DNA from: an uncultured delta proteobacterium
GTDB taxonomy: Bacteria > Desulfobacterota > Zymogenia > Zymogenales > Zymogenaceae
NCBI GenBank assembly: GCA_963809875.1
Contig: CAWELC010000011.1
Location: 1,275 to 65,274, forward strand
Length of the DNA: 64,000 nt
Direction of reading: 5' to 3'
Part shown: positions 41,177 to 52,318 of the stretch, one piece after another
Layout: each line of letters opens with the position of its first letter
Position numbering within the stretch: position 1 is the stretch's first letter
The notes under the pieces: generated by a model
Database searches by the model: none
Told to the model about the DNA's origin: nothing
The model's input: the letters and a program-made list of their open reading frames with translations, nothing else
Translations under genes and position numbers: made by a program

Positions 41177-42034
41177 TCACATCCTTCTTCCCCGGAAGAG
41201 GAGAGGCACCCCCGCGGTGACCCAGAGGCCGATGATCAGATAGCGCACGAGGTTCGAGACGGGGACGTCGGGCAGCAGTTTCTTCACGAAAATCTTGATC
41301 GCAAAGACAACCGCAAGGCCCACGACCACCTTGACAATCTGGTACCACCAGACCGATTTCGGCTCGAAGACGAAATACTCCTCCTCGAGGATAAAGCCAA
41401 TCGCCATGCCCGCCAGCGTGCCGGTTACCCGCACGGCGGTATCGCCGGAATAGATGACGAAGAGGATGGCGCTAAAGGCGATAACGATGATAATCAGGGG
41501 GATGGTCTTGGGTACGAGGCCCCGCACCGGATGGGTCGTATCGTAGATGATATAGAGCCCCAGGATCACCGCACCTATAAGCCAGCCGCCGACGACGTCT
41601 ATGGGCCAGTGGACGCCCAGGTAGAGGCGCGAGATGCCGATGCCGATTATCAGTAGTAAGGCCAGGACCCACACCCATGCCCGCTTGAGCTGCCAGGCGA
41701 TCGTTCCCCAGAAGACCGCGGCTCCCTGCGCGTGGCCGCTCGGGAACGCGTATCCGCCCCCCGACTCGGGATAGAGCACGCGCACCATTGAGGGATCGGG
41801 CCGCGGGGTCTGGAATATCTCCTTCAGGAGGTCATTGACGTACGCGGACAGGAGAAAGACCATCCCCAGTTTGAAGGCGAACTTCTTCTCCACGCACCAG
41901 TAGAGGATCGGGATGGCGATCAGGTAAAACTCCTCGCTTCCCAAAGTGGTGACGCCGATGGACAACCAGTCGAGAATCGGACTGGCTGCCCTCTGGATAA
42001 AAAGAATGATGTCGGGACGTGACAGGTATTCCAT
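41177..42034 (-). CDS. PAP2-family phosphatase, membrane protein
   Basis: K......RP, FPSGHAQ, SRLYLGVHWPIDV. Confidence 0.9.
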   Translation of the reverse strand: MEYLSRPDIILFIQRAASPILDWLSIGVTTLGSEEFYLIAIPILYWCVEKKFAFKLGMVFLLSAYVNDLLKEIFQTPRPDPSMVRVLYPESGGGYAFPSGHAQGAAVFWGTIAWQLKRAWVWVLALLLIIGIGISRLYLGVHWPIDVVGGWLIGAVILGLYIIYDTTHPVRGLVPKTIPLIIIVIAFSAILFVIYSGDTAVRVTGTLAGMAIGFILEEEYFVFEPKSVWWYQIVKVVVGLAVVFAIKIFVKKLLPDVPVSNLVRYLIIGLWVTAGVPLLFRGRRM

Positions 42035-42116
42035 AAGACATTTCCCCTCAAAAAACGTACGTGCATTTTATACACTGTTTTGAGCAAAACGGCAACGAAT
42101 TTCTAAGGCGAGAACG

Positions 42117-43052
42117 TCAGCGGATACCGTACAGCGATGTGACATATTCAAAGCTTGCCGTGATCTTGAGCCTTTTTGTGCCGATGGAGGCGGGGATGGG
42201 ATTAAACGGGGAGGCGATTTTCACCGCGTTGAGCGCATATTCGTCAAGGATCTCGTAGCCCGATGATTTGAGGAGCTTGACGCTCGATACGTTTCCGTCC
42301 GATTCGATGGTAAAGGCGAGGGTGAGCCTGCCCCCCACGTGTCGCTCCTGGGCCTCGAGGGGATAGTTCCACGCCAGCTCGATCTGCCGCTTGATGTGGG
42401 CGAAGTACGCGTAGTATTTGAACTCAGAGGTTTCCAGCGAGACTTCCTCTTCCTCGGTGACACCCGGAGCGGTTGTCCCAAAGGGTTGGTTGAGCCGCGC
42501 CACGTCGTCCGCGCCGGGTATCAGGTCTTCCACCGTGAGGCGCTCCTTCTGGGTACGCGGTGACGACTCGTTCTTCTTTCTGGCGAGCTCTGAGGTCGTT
42601 TCCTTCTTGGCGAGAAGCCGATCTTCGGTCTGAGGCGTAGTGCGGTCGTTATCCTTGGTGGGCGTGTCGCTTCGTGGGGTCGGCGGGGGGCTGACGGAAG
42701 GCGGACGGGAAGAGCCGCCGCCCAGCGGCGTGCCGCGCCGAATAGTCTCTCTGTCTACCTCGCGGTTCTTGTCGGAGAGCCGATGAGAATCGACTTCTTT
42801 GTCGGTCTCGTTTTTCTGGGGGAAGTCGTTAAACTCGTACGGATCCTTATTCCGGTCTTCTTCGAGGCTTACGATCAGGGGTTTGTCGGGCTTTGAAGCG
42901 GCGTCAATCGTGAAGAGGGAAAAGGTCGCAAGCAGGATGACATGAAAAAGGATGGAACAAATCAGAAATATCTCGGCTCTTCTGGCCGAGTCTTTTCGAT
43001 CTCTTTTCGTGGCAAGAGAATATTTTGACTCGGTAACCATGGTGACTGCCAA
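42117..43052 (-). CDS. TonB-family energy transducer (start uncertain)
   Basis: TM with SILFH motif, Pro-rich linker, WNYP..A, SSGYEILD..A..AV..ASPFNPIP. Confidence 0.85.
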   Translation of the reverse strand: MAVTMVTESKYSLATKRDRKDSARRAEIFLICSILFHVILLATFSLFTIDAASKPDKPLIVSLEEDRNKDPYEFNDFPQKNETDKEVDSHRLSDKNREVDRETIRRGTPLGGGSSRPPSVSPPPTPRSDTPTKDNDRTTPQTEDRLLAKKETTSELARKKNESSPRTQKERLTVEDLIPGADDVARLNQPFGTTAPGVTEEEEVSLETSEFKYYAYFAHIKRQIELAWNYPLEAQERHVGGRLTLAFTIESDGNVSSVKLLKSSGYEILDEYALNAVKIASPFNPIPASIGTKRLKITASFEYVTSLYGIR

Positions 43053-43076
43053 TACCTGAAGGGTTCATACAATTAG

Positions 43077-43105
43077 ATTATAGGTCATAAAGTGTGGAGT
43101 GTCAA
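43077..43105 (-). promoter_or_regulatory. sigma70 promoter (perfect consensus) for the TonB-like gene
   Basis: Minus strand TTGACA-N17-TATAAT. Confidence 0.85.
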
Positions 43106-43130
43106 CGGTAAAGCCCTCTCCGATCTCTCC

Positions 43131-43159
43131 TTGACAACAGACAGCGCTTCCTCTAGAAT
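43131..43159 (+). promoter_or_regulatory. sigma70 promoter for the sirtuin gene, back-to-back with the TonB promoter
   Basis: TTGACA-N17-TAGAAT. Confidence 0.8.
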
Positions 43160-43265
43160 CAAAAAAGACGGGGAGGGCGGACGTGTGTGACGTGTGGAGT
43201 CGGGCGGGCAGGCCATCTGTGGTCGGGCCGGCTGCGGCCTGGGCCGACAACATGGAGTAACGGGG

Positions 43266-44030
43266 ATGCTTGAGCGGGTTCGCCGATGTGCGCAGCTGAT
43301 CTACTTTTCAAAAAACGCCGTCGCCCTGACGGGGGCGGGTGTCTCCACGGAGAGCGGGGTCCCCGATTTTCGGAGCGACAAGAGCCTCCTCTGGGAGCGG
43401 ATCCATGCCTACCGGTTCATGCCGATCGACGCGTACCGGGACGGGGTGGACAACTATATCGGGATGTTCTGGCGATACTGGTTCCCCCTCCTTCTGCCGA
43501 TGATCCATGCCCTGCCCAATATTAACCACTACTTCCTCGCGCGGCTGTCAGAGCTTGGCCTCCTTTCTGCCGTCATCACCCAGAACGCCGACGGCCTCCA
43601 CAGCAAGGCCGGCAGCGCGGACGTCCTGGAAATCCATGGAAACCTCCGCGGGGGCCGCTGCTTTTCGTGCGGGGCGGCGTGCGGTATGGACTATATCCTC
43701 GGTGAGATCCAGGCCATGAGCATACCGCCGACCTGCGCCGCGTGCGGCGGAGTCGTCGGGCCCAATATCGTATTCGCCTTCGAGAGGACGCCCGACTACG
43801 ATACGGCGCTGGACCGGGCGCGGCAGACCGACCTGTTGGTTGTAATGGGCTCATCGCTTCTGGTGGATCACGTCAAGGAGGTCGTGGTGGCGGCGCTCAC
43901 CAACGGGGCGCGCCTTGTCGTCATAAACAACCAGCCCACCCCCTTTGATGACGCGGCCGACGTCGTCATCAACGAGCGCCTCTCGCAGGTGACCAGAAGC
44001 CTGTGGGACACGGTGGAGCGCTACGTGTAA
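43266..44030 (+). CDS. Sir2/CobB-family NAD-dependent deacylase (divergent)
   Basis: TGAGVSTESGVPDFR, ITQNADGLH, EIHG, CFSC..CAAC, GSSL, INNQPTPFD. Confidence 0.88.
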   Translation: MLERVRRCAQLIYFSKNAVALTGAGVSTESGVPDFRSDKSLLWERIHAYRFMPIDAYRDGVDNYIGMFWRYWFPLLLPMIHALPNINHYFLARLSELGLLSAVITQNADGLHSKAGSADVLEIHGNLRGGRCFSCGAACGMDYILGEIQAMSIPPTCAACGGVVGPNIVFAFERTPDYDTALDRARQTDLLVVMGSSLLVDHVKEVVVAALTNGARLVVINNQPTPFDDAADVVINERLSQVTRSLWDTVERYV

Positions 44031-44155
44031 CCGTACGTCTGCGGCCGCCCGGCGGTGCGATGAATCTCAGGGATTTACGCGGCTCCGGGTAACGGAGCGT
44101 GTCAAAGATAACCCGAGTGCTGGAGTCCAAGCCATGGCCCGGGGGCAGATATACC

Positions 44156-44884
44156 ATGACTGAGCAGAGAGAAACGATATCCGATTACCTCTTTTCGAGA
44201 TACGCGCTCCTTTCCGACTTCAGGGAAGTTATCCGCTGGCCGATGTTGATGTTGCTCAATCACCTGATCTTCCCGCGCCGGTCCTGGCACGCGGCGGCCG
44301 CCCGGGGCACGATCATCAATGCGGTGGGGGGGCGGTTCTGCGTCGCCTTCGTGTATAAGGACGTGGAGGCGTCGTCCTACCGCGAGCTCGTCCTCGGAAA
44401 AGACTCCGTCATCGAGGAGGGGACGACGATCATGGGCCCGCTGACGCTGGGGAGGCTGGCGGTCATCGGGAGGCGGGTGGCGATCGAGGGGCCGGTAACC
44501 CTCGGCCTCGGCGCGACGCTCCGGGAGGGGTGTGTGGCCATCAACCATACGACCCTCGAAGACTGGGTGGGGATATCATCCAACGTTCACTTCATCACCT
44601 TCACCCACGACATCGGTGACGTCACGCGGCGGGTGGGGAAGATAAAATTCAAGCCCATCCTCGTGCGCGCGGGAACCTGGATCGGGACCAGGACGACGGT
44701 GCTGCCGGGCGTGACGATCGGGGTGGGATGCGTCATCGGGGCGGGGTCGCTGGTAACTAAGGACATCCCGGATAATTCCCTTGCGGTGGGCCGTCCCGCG
44801 CAGGTGATCCGAAAACTCGGTCCCGGCCCCGGAGGTGATTTGCCCCCGGAGATGGAGAAGTTCTGGAAGTGGGAGAAATGGTAG
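44156..44884 (+). CDS. Hexapeptide-repeat O-acyltransferase
   Basis: WIGTRTTVLPGVTIG.GCVIGAGSLVTKDIPDNSLAVGRPA. Confidence 0.82.
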   Translation: MTEQRETISDYLFSRYALLSDFREVIRWPMLMLLNHLIFPRRSWHAAAARGTIINAVGGRFCVAFVYKDVEASSYRELVLGKDSVIEEGTTIMGPLTLGRLAVIGRRVAIEGPVTLGLGATLREGCVAINHTTLEDWVGISSNVHFITFTHDIGDVTRRVGKIKFKPILVRAGTWIGTRTTVLPGVTIGVGCVIGAGSLVTKDIPDNSLAVGRPAQVIRKLGPGPGGDLPPEMEKFWKWEKW

Positions 44885-44972
44885 ACCTTGACGGCCGCCC
44901 GTCATGACGCGGGGCAGACCGGTGAATGTCGGACGATCGGCCGGGAGGGCGTGAGAAGCGGGGTGGGGTGCC

Positions 44973-45831
44973 ATGAAAGATAAGACACGGGGTACGAAGG
45001 AAAGCGCTCGGGACGAGGCCTTCGGTGACGAGCTCGGGAAAAAGGTCCGGGACGTCCGCGAGATAGTGGCCGCCCTTGGAAGGGTGGTCGTCGCGTTTTC
45101 CGGGGGAGTTGACAGCACGCTCCTCCTGGCGTTGTCGTCGGAGACCCTCGGCAACGAGAACGTCCTTGCCGCCGTCGGGATCTCCCCGAGCCTTCCCTCC
45201 GGGGAGCGCGAGGAGGCCCGGCGGCTCGCCGGATCGGTCGGCGTCGAGCTCGTGGAGTTCGAGACCAACGAGTTTGACGACCCCAATTTCACCCGGAACC
45301 CCGTCGATCGCTGCTACCACTGCAAGAGCGCCCTCTACGCGGAGATATGGCGCATCGCCCGGGAGCGCGGCTTTCGCTCGGTGGTAAGCGGGGCCAACGC
45401 CGACGACCCCGGGGACTACCGGCCGGGGCTGAGCGCCGGAAGCGAGATGGGAATCGGAAATCCCCTCATGGACGCCGGGCTTACCAAGGCACGATGTCAG
45501 GAGCGCGTCGCGGATCATGGGGCTTCCCACGTGGGACAGGCCGTCAATGGCCTGTCTGGCCAGCCGCATCCCCTACGACAGCCCGATCACTCCCGAGCGC
45601 CTCGCGCGGGTGGATCGGGCGGAGCGGGCGTTGCGCACGCTCGGATTTTCGCGGTGCCGCGTCAGGGATTACGAGACGCTCGCGCGCATCGAGGTCCCCC
45701 CGGACCTGCTGGAACTGGCGGTGGCGCGGCGCCGCGACATCGTCTCGTCGCTAAAGGCGCTGGGATACGTCTACGTGACCCTCGATCTGGCGGGGCTGAG
45801 GAGCGGCTCGATGAACGAGGTCCTCTTGTAG
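44973..45831 (+). CDS. larE: LarE-family ATP-dependent sulfur transferase (one apparent frameshift near 45490)
   Basis: PP-loop AFSGGVDS, DRCYHCK, DDPGDYRPG, PSMACLASRIPY, RSGSMNE. Confidence 0.88.
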
Positions 45832-45962
45832 CGGCTCCTTTCTATCCATACAGCGCCGGCGGACCCCGATACCGGTTTGCCTACCCCCTCAAATCTCTAT
45901 CCCGGATCGATTCATCGCCCTGCCGCGGGTCCGGGTACGGTACGGGATTAAACGGCCGGGTA

Positions 45963-46790
45963 TCACGAGTTGACGGCGCAGAACGCGATCACCCGCGCCG
46001 ATGCCTCGCAAATCAGCATTCCGTAACCCCGGTCATCGACCCCGACGCCGGGACCTCTCCCTGCCGGGATAAAGGGAAATACCTCAACCTCCACGTCAAA
46101 GACCTTCTTCAGGATATCGACCGTCTCTCCGCGGCGAACGGCGACCCTTTCTTGTTCTGCATAGCTGTCACCCTGTTGCTCGTTGGCCCCGAAGTCATCG
46201 ACGACCAGGAGCCGCTCGAAACGTTCCGGCAGGCTCAGTCCCCTGACCGCCTCCCAGTACGGTTCAGACGCCTTGTGGGATCCGATGTCGGCCGAATTTG
46301 CGACCAGAAACGAGACGTTTCGAATCTCGGGAGCATCACGCCTCATTGAGACAGCCGCGATCCCCATCCGGGAAAGCGAGCCGACAATGACGTCGGTGGC
46401 TTCGGCATAATGATCGGAGGCGATGACTGTCCTCGCGGAGGGATCGGCCGCCAGCTTCTTCAGCAGGGGCCGCCAGCGGGGGTCGATGGTCGATTGTTCG
46501 AAATAGGCATCGACGAAGCGCGACGCGGCGCCGAGTGCGACCGGCGGCTCGTGGCCGAAGAGTCCCGAAAGCCTATCGGCCATGAGCTGTTTATATCCCA
46601 CCGACGTTGTGCTGCCTGTCTCCCAGGTCGGGTTGACGATCTGATCCCAGAAAACGGCGGGTGTCGTTACCCCGAGGCCGGCCAGTCCACTTTGCCTCAG
46701 CGCCCGCGCCAGCCGTTCGGGAGTGGAAAAGAGGACGGCCCCGATGCTCAGCGTCCCCGAATAATCCAACACGATCCCCTTGGCAGGCAC
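45963..46790 (-). CDS. HAD-like hypothetical protein
   Basis: LDYSGTL (motif I variant), ASD, SADIGSHK, LVVDD. Confidence 0.55.
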   Translation of the reverse strand: MPAKGIVLDYSGTLSIGAVLFSTPERLARALRQSGLAGLGVTTPAVFWDQIVNPTWETGSTTSVGYKQLMADRLSGLFGHEPPVALGAASRFVDAYFEQSTIDPRWRPLLKKLAADPSARTVIASDHYAEATDVIVGSLSRMGIAAVSMRRDAPEIRNVSFLVANSADIGSHKASEPYWEAVRGLSLPERFERLLVVDDFGANEQQGDSYAEQERVAVRRGETVDILKKVFDVEVEVFPFIPAGRGPGVGVDDRGYGMLICEASARVIAFCAVNS

Positions 46791-46794
46791 GGCG

Positions 46795-47424
46795 CTACCC
46801 CCTCACCGCCGCATTCCGGATCGCATCCGCCAGCTCCCGGGCCGCGGTCTCGGGATCGGGAGCGCTGCAGACGGCGGAGACGACGGCGACACAATCGGCC
46901 CCGGCCGCGACGGCGGCCCCGACGTTGTCCCGGTTCAGCCCGCCTATCGCCACGAGGGGATGTCGTGAATAGGCCTTGACCCGGGCCAGACCGTCAAGCC
47001 CCCAGGCGCCCTTCGTGTCACTCTTGGTCGGCGTTTCAAAAACGGGGCTGACACCGAGGTAGTCCACGTCCAGATCCTGTGCCTGCTCCACGTCCTGCCA
47101 TGTTTCCACTGAAAGGCCGATAATCGCCCGCGGTCCCATGAGCATCCTGGCGATGCCGTAGGGCATATCGTCCTGGCCCACATGCACGCCGTCGGCGCCG
47201 ACGGCTAAAGCGACGTCCACCCGGTCATTGATAATCAGGGGCACGGCCAGAGGGGCCAGGATATCCCTGATCCTGAATGCCTGATGGATGAACAGTCTCG
47301 TCGACAACTCCTTTTCCCGAAGCTGAACGTACGAAACCCCGCCCCTCACCGCCGCGAGCACGACGTCCTCCACGGTGCGATCCCCGCACAGGGCGCGATC
47401 GGTGACAAGATACAATCCGTGCAC
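46795..47424 (-). CDS. thiE: Thiamine-phosphate synthase
   Basis: LYLVTD, QLREK, INDRVD, GVHVGQDD, TPTK, VAIGG. Confidence 0.95.
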   Translation of the reverse strand: MHGLYLVTDRALCGDRTVEDVVLAAVRGGVSYVQLREKELSTRLFIHQAFRIRDILAPLAVPLIINDRVDVALAVGADGVHVGQDDMPYGIARMLMGPRAIIGLSVETWQDVEQAQDLDVDYLGVSPVFETPTKSDTKGAWGLDGLARVKAYSRHPLVAIGGLNRDNVGAAVAAGADCVAVVSAVCSAPDPETAARELADAIRNAAVRG

Positions 47425-47425
47425 G

Positions 47426-48232
47426 TCAGGGCTCCACGTCGAGGAGTTGAGCGATATCCCGGTCCGACAGCGTGTAAAGCGCGTCCAGAAATCGGACCTG
47501 GAGAGAACCCGGCCCGGCCGCCCCTTCGGCGGCTTTTTGCCCCGCGATGCCCATCACCGCCATGGCCTGGGCCGTCGCCCGGGTATAATCGCTATTGACG
47601 GCGGCAAAGGCGCCGCAGAGGGCGGTGGCCGTGCAACCCATGCCCGTCACGCGGGTCATCAGGGGATGGCCGTTCTTTACCTTGATCACGCTATCCCCTC
47701 CGACGATATAGTCGGTCGGGCCGCTGACACAGACGACGGCGCCGCATGCCCGATGGATGGCGGCCGCGGCCGAGAGCGCGTCGTGCGATGCCTCGGTACT
47801 GTCCACCCCCTTTGTCGTCTTCATCTCCCCGGAGACGGCCATGATTTCCGACGCATTGCCTCTGATAACGGCAGGCCGTATGGCGCCGATCAGCTCGCGG
47901 GCGGTTTTCGTCCGGTAGGCGGTTGCCCCGGCGCCGACCGGATCAAGGACGACGGGAATCCCGCGCTTTGCCGCCTGATCCGCGGCCGTGAACATGGACC
48001 TGACCCACGGCGCGCTGAGGGTGCCGATATTAATCACCAGGGCCGATGCAATGTTGACCATGTCTGCCATCTCTTCCTCGGCATGGGCCATCACCGGGGA
48101 GGCCCCGATTGCCAGGAGGGCATTGGCCGTGGTGTTCATGACCACGAAATTCGTTATGTTGTGGATAACCGGCGACGCTGCTCTGATGTCCGCGAGCGTC
48201 TTGCCGATACCCAGTATATCGGTTCGGTCCAT
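47426..48232 (-). CDS. thiM: Hydroxyethylthiazole kinase
   Basis: HNITNFV, GASPVMA, INIGTL, LDPVGAGAT, IRGNASEI, VTGMGC. Confidence 0.95.
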   Translation of the reverse strand: MDRTDILGIGKTLADIRAASPVIHNITNFVVMNTTANALLAIGASPVMAHAEEEMADMVNIASALVINIGTLSAPWVRSMFTAADQAAKRGIPVVLDPVGAGATAYRTKTARELIGAIRPAVIRGNASEIMAVSGEMKTTKGVDSTEASHDALSAAAAIHRACGAVVCVSGPTDYIVGGDSVIKVKNGHPLMTRVTGMGCTATALCGAFAAVNSDYTRATAQAMAVMGIAGQKAAEGAAGPGSLQVRFLDALYTLSDRDIAQLLDVEP

Positions 48233-48334
48233 TTTCCCAACTCTCCTTTACTTCTTTTTCTTCCGGGCGTCGGGACGCCCTTACGCGTGACCGGCCCCGT
48301 ACGGGGCGGGCGGCCCCGGGCGCCACAAATCGCC

Positions 48335-49630
<1,296 letters not shown>

Positions 49631-49755
49631 ATATCTTCTCCTTGCGATCTCTCTATGCTGTGGACCGGCATCGGGGCGTGATTGAAATCACCCCTTATCG
49701 GGTCACGGCGGGCGGCCGGATAAGGTATTACTACCATTTAGATAGTTTTAGTAGT

Positions 49756-49784
49756 ATATTAGTGGAGGCCGACTTTTTTGTCAA
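49756..49784 (-). promoter_or_regulatory. sigma70 promoter for metY
   Basis: Minus strand TTGACA-N17-TAATAT. Confidence 0.65.
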
Positions 49785-50184
49785 GGCATATTTTATCCTA
49801 TTTCCCGCCAATAGGGAAGCCGACAGGCTCAGGGATACACAAGCCGCTCCCGCACGATGCGTACGGACGGCAGGCAACGAAGAAGCCGGGCGGATACTAC
49901 AGACCTTCCTTTTTCAGATATCTCCTCTTGTAAAACTGCACATGTGATGATAGTATGAAAAAACCCTTTGTGGCCTTATTCATGCGACCTATCGACAATC
50001 ACATAGTATATCCGGACACCGGAGGGGGACGAAGCCCGCGCAGTCCCGGATCCCGGTGGCGAATGGCGGTACCCCTTTTGCCCTCGCGTCTTGTTGGAAA
50101 GCACGGTGCGCGGAAATACGAAGACGAAGACCCATCGGCCTTCAGCGTACCGCACGACTTAGAGCGGCGGAAGACGGACGTGAC

Positions 50185-51066
50185 GTGATCGATACGACTA
50201 CACTGCTTCACGGGCTGATTGCTCTATTCGTTCCTCTCGGGTGGGTGATAATCCTCTATCCCCTGTACCGCAGGGACCGCCGGGAATGGAAGAAGACGCT
50301 GGTGTTTGTCGTCGTACTCTCCTTTTCGGCTATGGTCGCCAAGGAGATCGTACTCGACCCCCAGATCTCGCCGGACGACATCGCCGCGGACCTTCTCGGG
50401 CTCTTCTTCGGGACGGCGATCGTGTCGGCGGCGATCTATCTGGAGCGAAAGGTCTCCTCAAGGCAGGCGGTAGTGACGGCGGAGACGCTCCCGAAGGGAG
50501 AACTACCCACCCCGGGGCGAAAAGCACTTCCCGCCGTGAAGCCGAAGGGGCGCGTATCGCTGAGGGATACGTTGTCTGCCTGGGCACGGGTTCAGGAGCG
50601 GGCGGTGGCCTTCTACGAGGCCTCGGCGCCGCGCGCCGGCGATGCGTCGCTGAGCGAGGCATGGAGGGACCTGGCCCGGGACAAGCGGTCGCGCGTTCGG
50701 GAGGTACGGGACCTCCTGTCCCGCTGGCCCTCCAGAGCGCCCGACGTCGCCTTCCTGGACTGGATGGATGAAGAGGCGGCGCGTTATGAGCTTTATACCG
50801 CACCACCCGCGCAGGGGCTTTCCCGGGGAGAGCTTCTGGACACGGCCCTTGCCCACGAGCGCGACGCTTATCACCTCTTCTTCGGCCTGCGAGACTGTTT
50901 CGGGTCCCAATCGTGGAAAACCGGGCAGATGGATCAGGTGATCCAGGCGCAGGAGCGCTGGCTTGCCCGCATCGAGCGTCTGGCGGCCGCGGCGGCAGGC
51001 CCCCCGGGTTCGCGTTCGGGCGCGGATGAGGGAAACGAGGGAAGTACACCCGGGCATGAGACGTGA
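50185..51066 (+). CDS. Membrane protein: three N-terminal TM helices (VanZ-like) plus ferritin/rubrerythrin-like helical domain
   Basis: TM segments ending SPDDIAADLLG; C-terminal pattern A....E.A..FY....LA and ALAHERDAY..F. Confidence 0.55.
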   Translation: MIDTTTLLHGLIALFVPLGWVIILYPLYRRDRREWKKTLVFVVVLSFSAMVAKEIVLDPQISPDDIAADLLGLFFGTAIVSAAIYLERKVSSRQAVVTAETLPKGELPTPGRKALPAVKPKGRVSLRDTLSAWARVQERAVAFYEASAPRAGDASLSEAWRDLARDKRSRVREVRDLLSRWPSRAPDVAFLDWMDEEAARYELYTAPPAQGLSRGELLDTALAHERDAYHLFFGLRDCFGSQSWKTGQMDQVIQAQERWLARIERLAAAAAGPPGSRSGADEGNEGSTPGHET

Positions 51067-51195
51067 ATAGAGACGGCCATCGGCCGTCAGCTCCCCGGGT
51101 GGGTTTAGACCTTTCACGGCGGTTTTTTTCTTGGATCCGTTTTTCCCCGGGGAGTTGGGCGCTGAGCCGCCCATGACGTCAGGAAGGAGACGACG

Positions 51196-52203
51196 GTGGA
51201 TACCATGAGCCCGACCGCCACGATCCTCGTGGCCGACGATGAGCCAAACATCCGCGACGTGATAAAGATGATGCTCTCCGACGAGGGGTATCGCTTGATT
51301 TTTGCGGAAAACGGCATGGATGCCGTCAATAAGGCGCACGAGATCGTACCCGACCTGATTCTTCTGGACGTCATGATGCCGAAGATGGACGGCTACGAGG
51401 TGTGCAGAAACCTCAGGGCGGAGCCGGCGCTGGCTCAGGTGCCCATTATCATGATCACCGCCCTCGGCGACACGGCTTCGAGGATACGGGGGATCACCAG
51501 CGGAGCCGACGACTTCATCTCAAAACCGTTCGATTTTGCCGAGCTCTCCGCCAAGATAAAGAATATCATCAGGCTCAACCGTTTTCGGGAGATCCTCACT
51601 GACCGGGAGAATCTCAAGCGCGCCCACGCCGATCTCCAGAGGGCCTACGACGCGACGCTCGAGGGATGGGCGGGCGCCCTCGAGATGAGAGACGCCGAGA
51701 CCCAGGGGCATTCGCTGCGGGTGACTCAGGAGACCCTGCGGCTTGCCCGTGTGATGGGCGTATCGGGCGGCGACCTGGACCACATCCGCCGGGGGGCTCT
51801 GCTGCACGACATAGGTAAGATGGGAATCCCCGACGCGATCCTCCTGAAACCGGGGCCCCTCACCGAGGAGGAATGGAAGGTGATGAGAAAGCACCCGGAG
51901 TACGCCTACCGGCTCCTATCCCCGATCGAGTATCTGCGGGCGGCCCTCGATATCCCCTACTGCCACCATGAGAAGTGGGACGGGACGGGATATCCGAGGG
52001 GGCTGAAGGGGGAGGAGATCCCGCTGGCCGCACGCGTCTTTGCGGTAGTGGACGTGTACGATGCCCTGAGCACGGACCGCCCTTATCGGCCGGCTTTCTC
52101 GAAGGATCAGATCACCGCCTACCTTACCGAGAACGCGGGAGCCCACTTCGATCCCCGGGTGCTGCAGGCCTTTCTCACAACCAGCGACCGCAACGGTTTA
52201 TGA
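51196..52203 (+). CDS. REC + HD-GYP cyclic-di-GMP phosphodiesterase (RpfG-like)
   Basis: VADDE, LLDVMMPKMDG, KPF; LHDIGK, HHEKWDGTGYPRGL. Confidence 0.95.
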   Translation: MDTMSPTATILVADDEPNIRDVIKMMLSDEGYRLIFAENGMDAVNKAHEIVPDLILLDVMMPKMDGYEVCRNLRAEPALAQVPIIMITALGDTASRIRGITSGADDFISKPFDFAELSAKIKNIIRLNRFREILTDRENLKRAHADLQRAYDATLEGWAGALEMRDAETQGHSLRVTQETLRLARVMGVSGGDLDHIRRGALLHDIGKMGIPDAILLKPGPLTEEEWKVMRKHPEYAYRLLSPIEYLRAALDIPYCHHEKWDGTGYPRGLKGEEIPLAARVFAVVDVYDALSTDRPYRPAFSKDQITAYLTENAGAHFDPRVLQAFLTTSDRNGL

Positions 52204-52318
52204 AACGCGGCCGGTCGCCGGGGTCCGGGGGGAATGTCTTTCCGATCGAGTCGTCCCCCCCCCTTTTTTCCGCCTTATCCCCCCGCTCCCGATGCCGATG
52301 GGGCGCCGCGTGCGGGCC

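Noticed and set aside
49693-49725. SAM-I riboswitch upstream of metY
   Set aside because: Only a P1-like CUUAUC/GAUAAG stem enclosing about 19 nt; the kink-turn, GCAACC and P3/P4 elements are missing.
51072-51157. Cyclic-di-GMP-I riboswitch near the HD-GYP gene (GGTCTAA and GACGGCC on the minus strand, 12-bp inverted repeat)
   Set aside because: Antisense to the gene and lacking a proper GGCAAAC..GAAA..GACGCAAAG P1 arrangement; only generic hairpins are supported.
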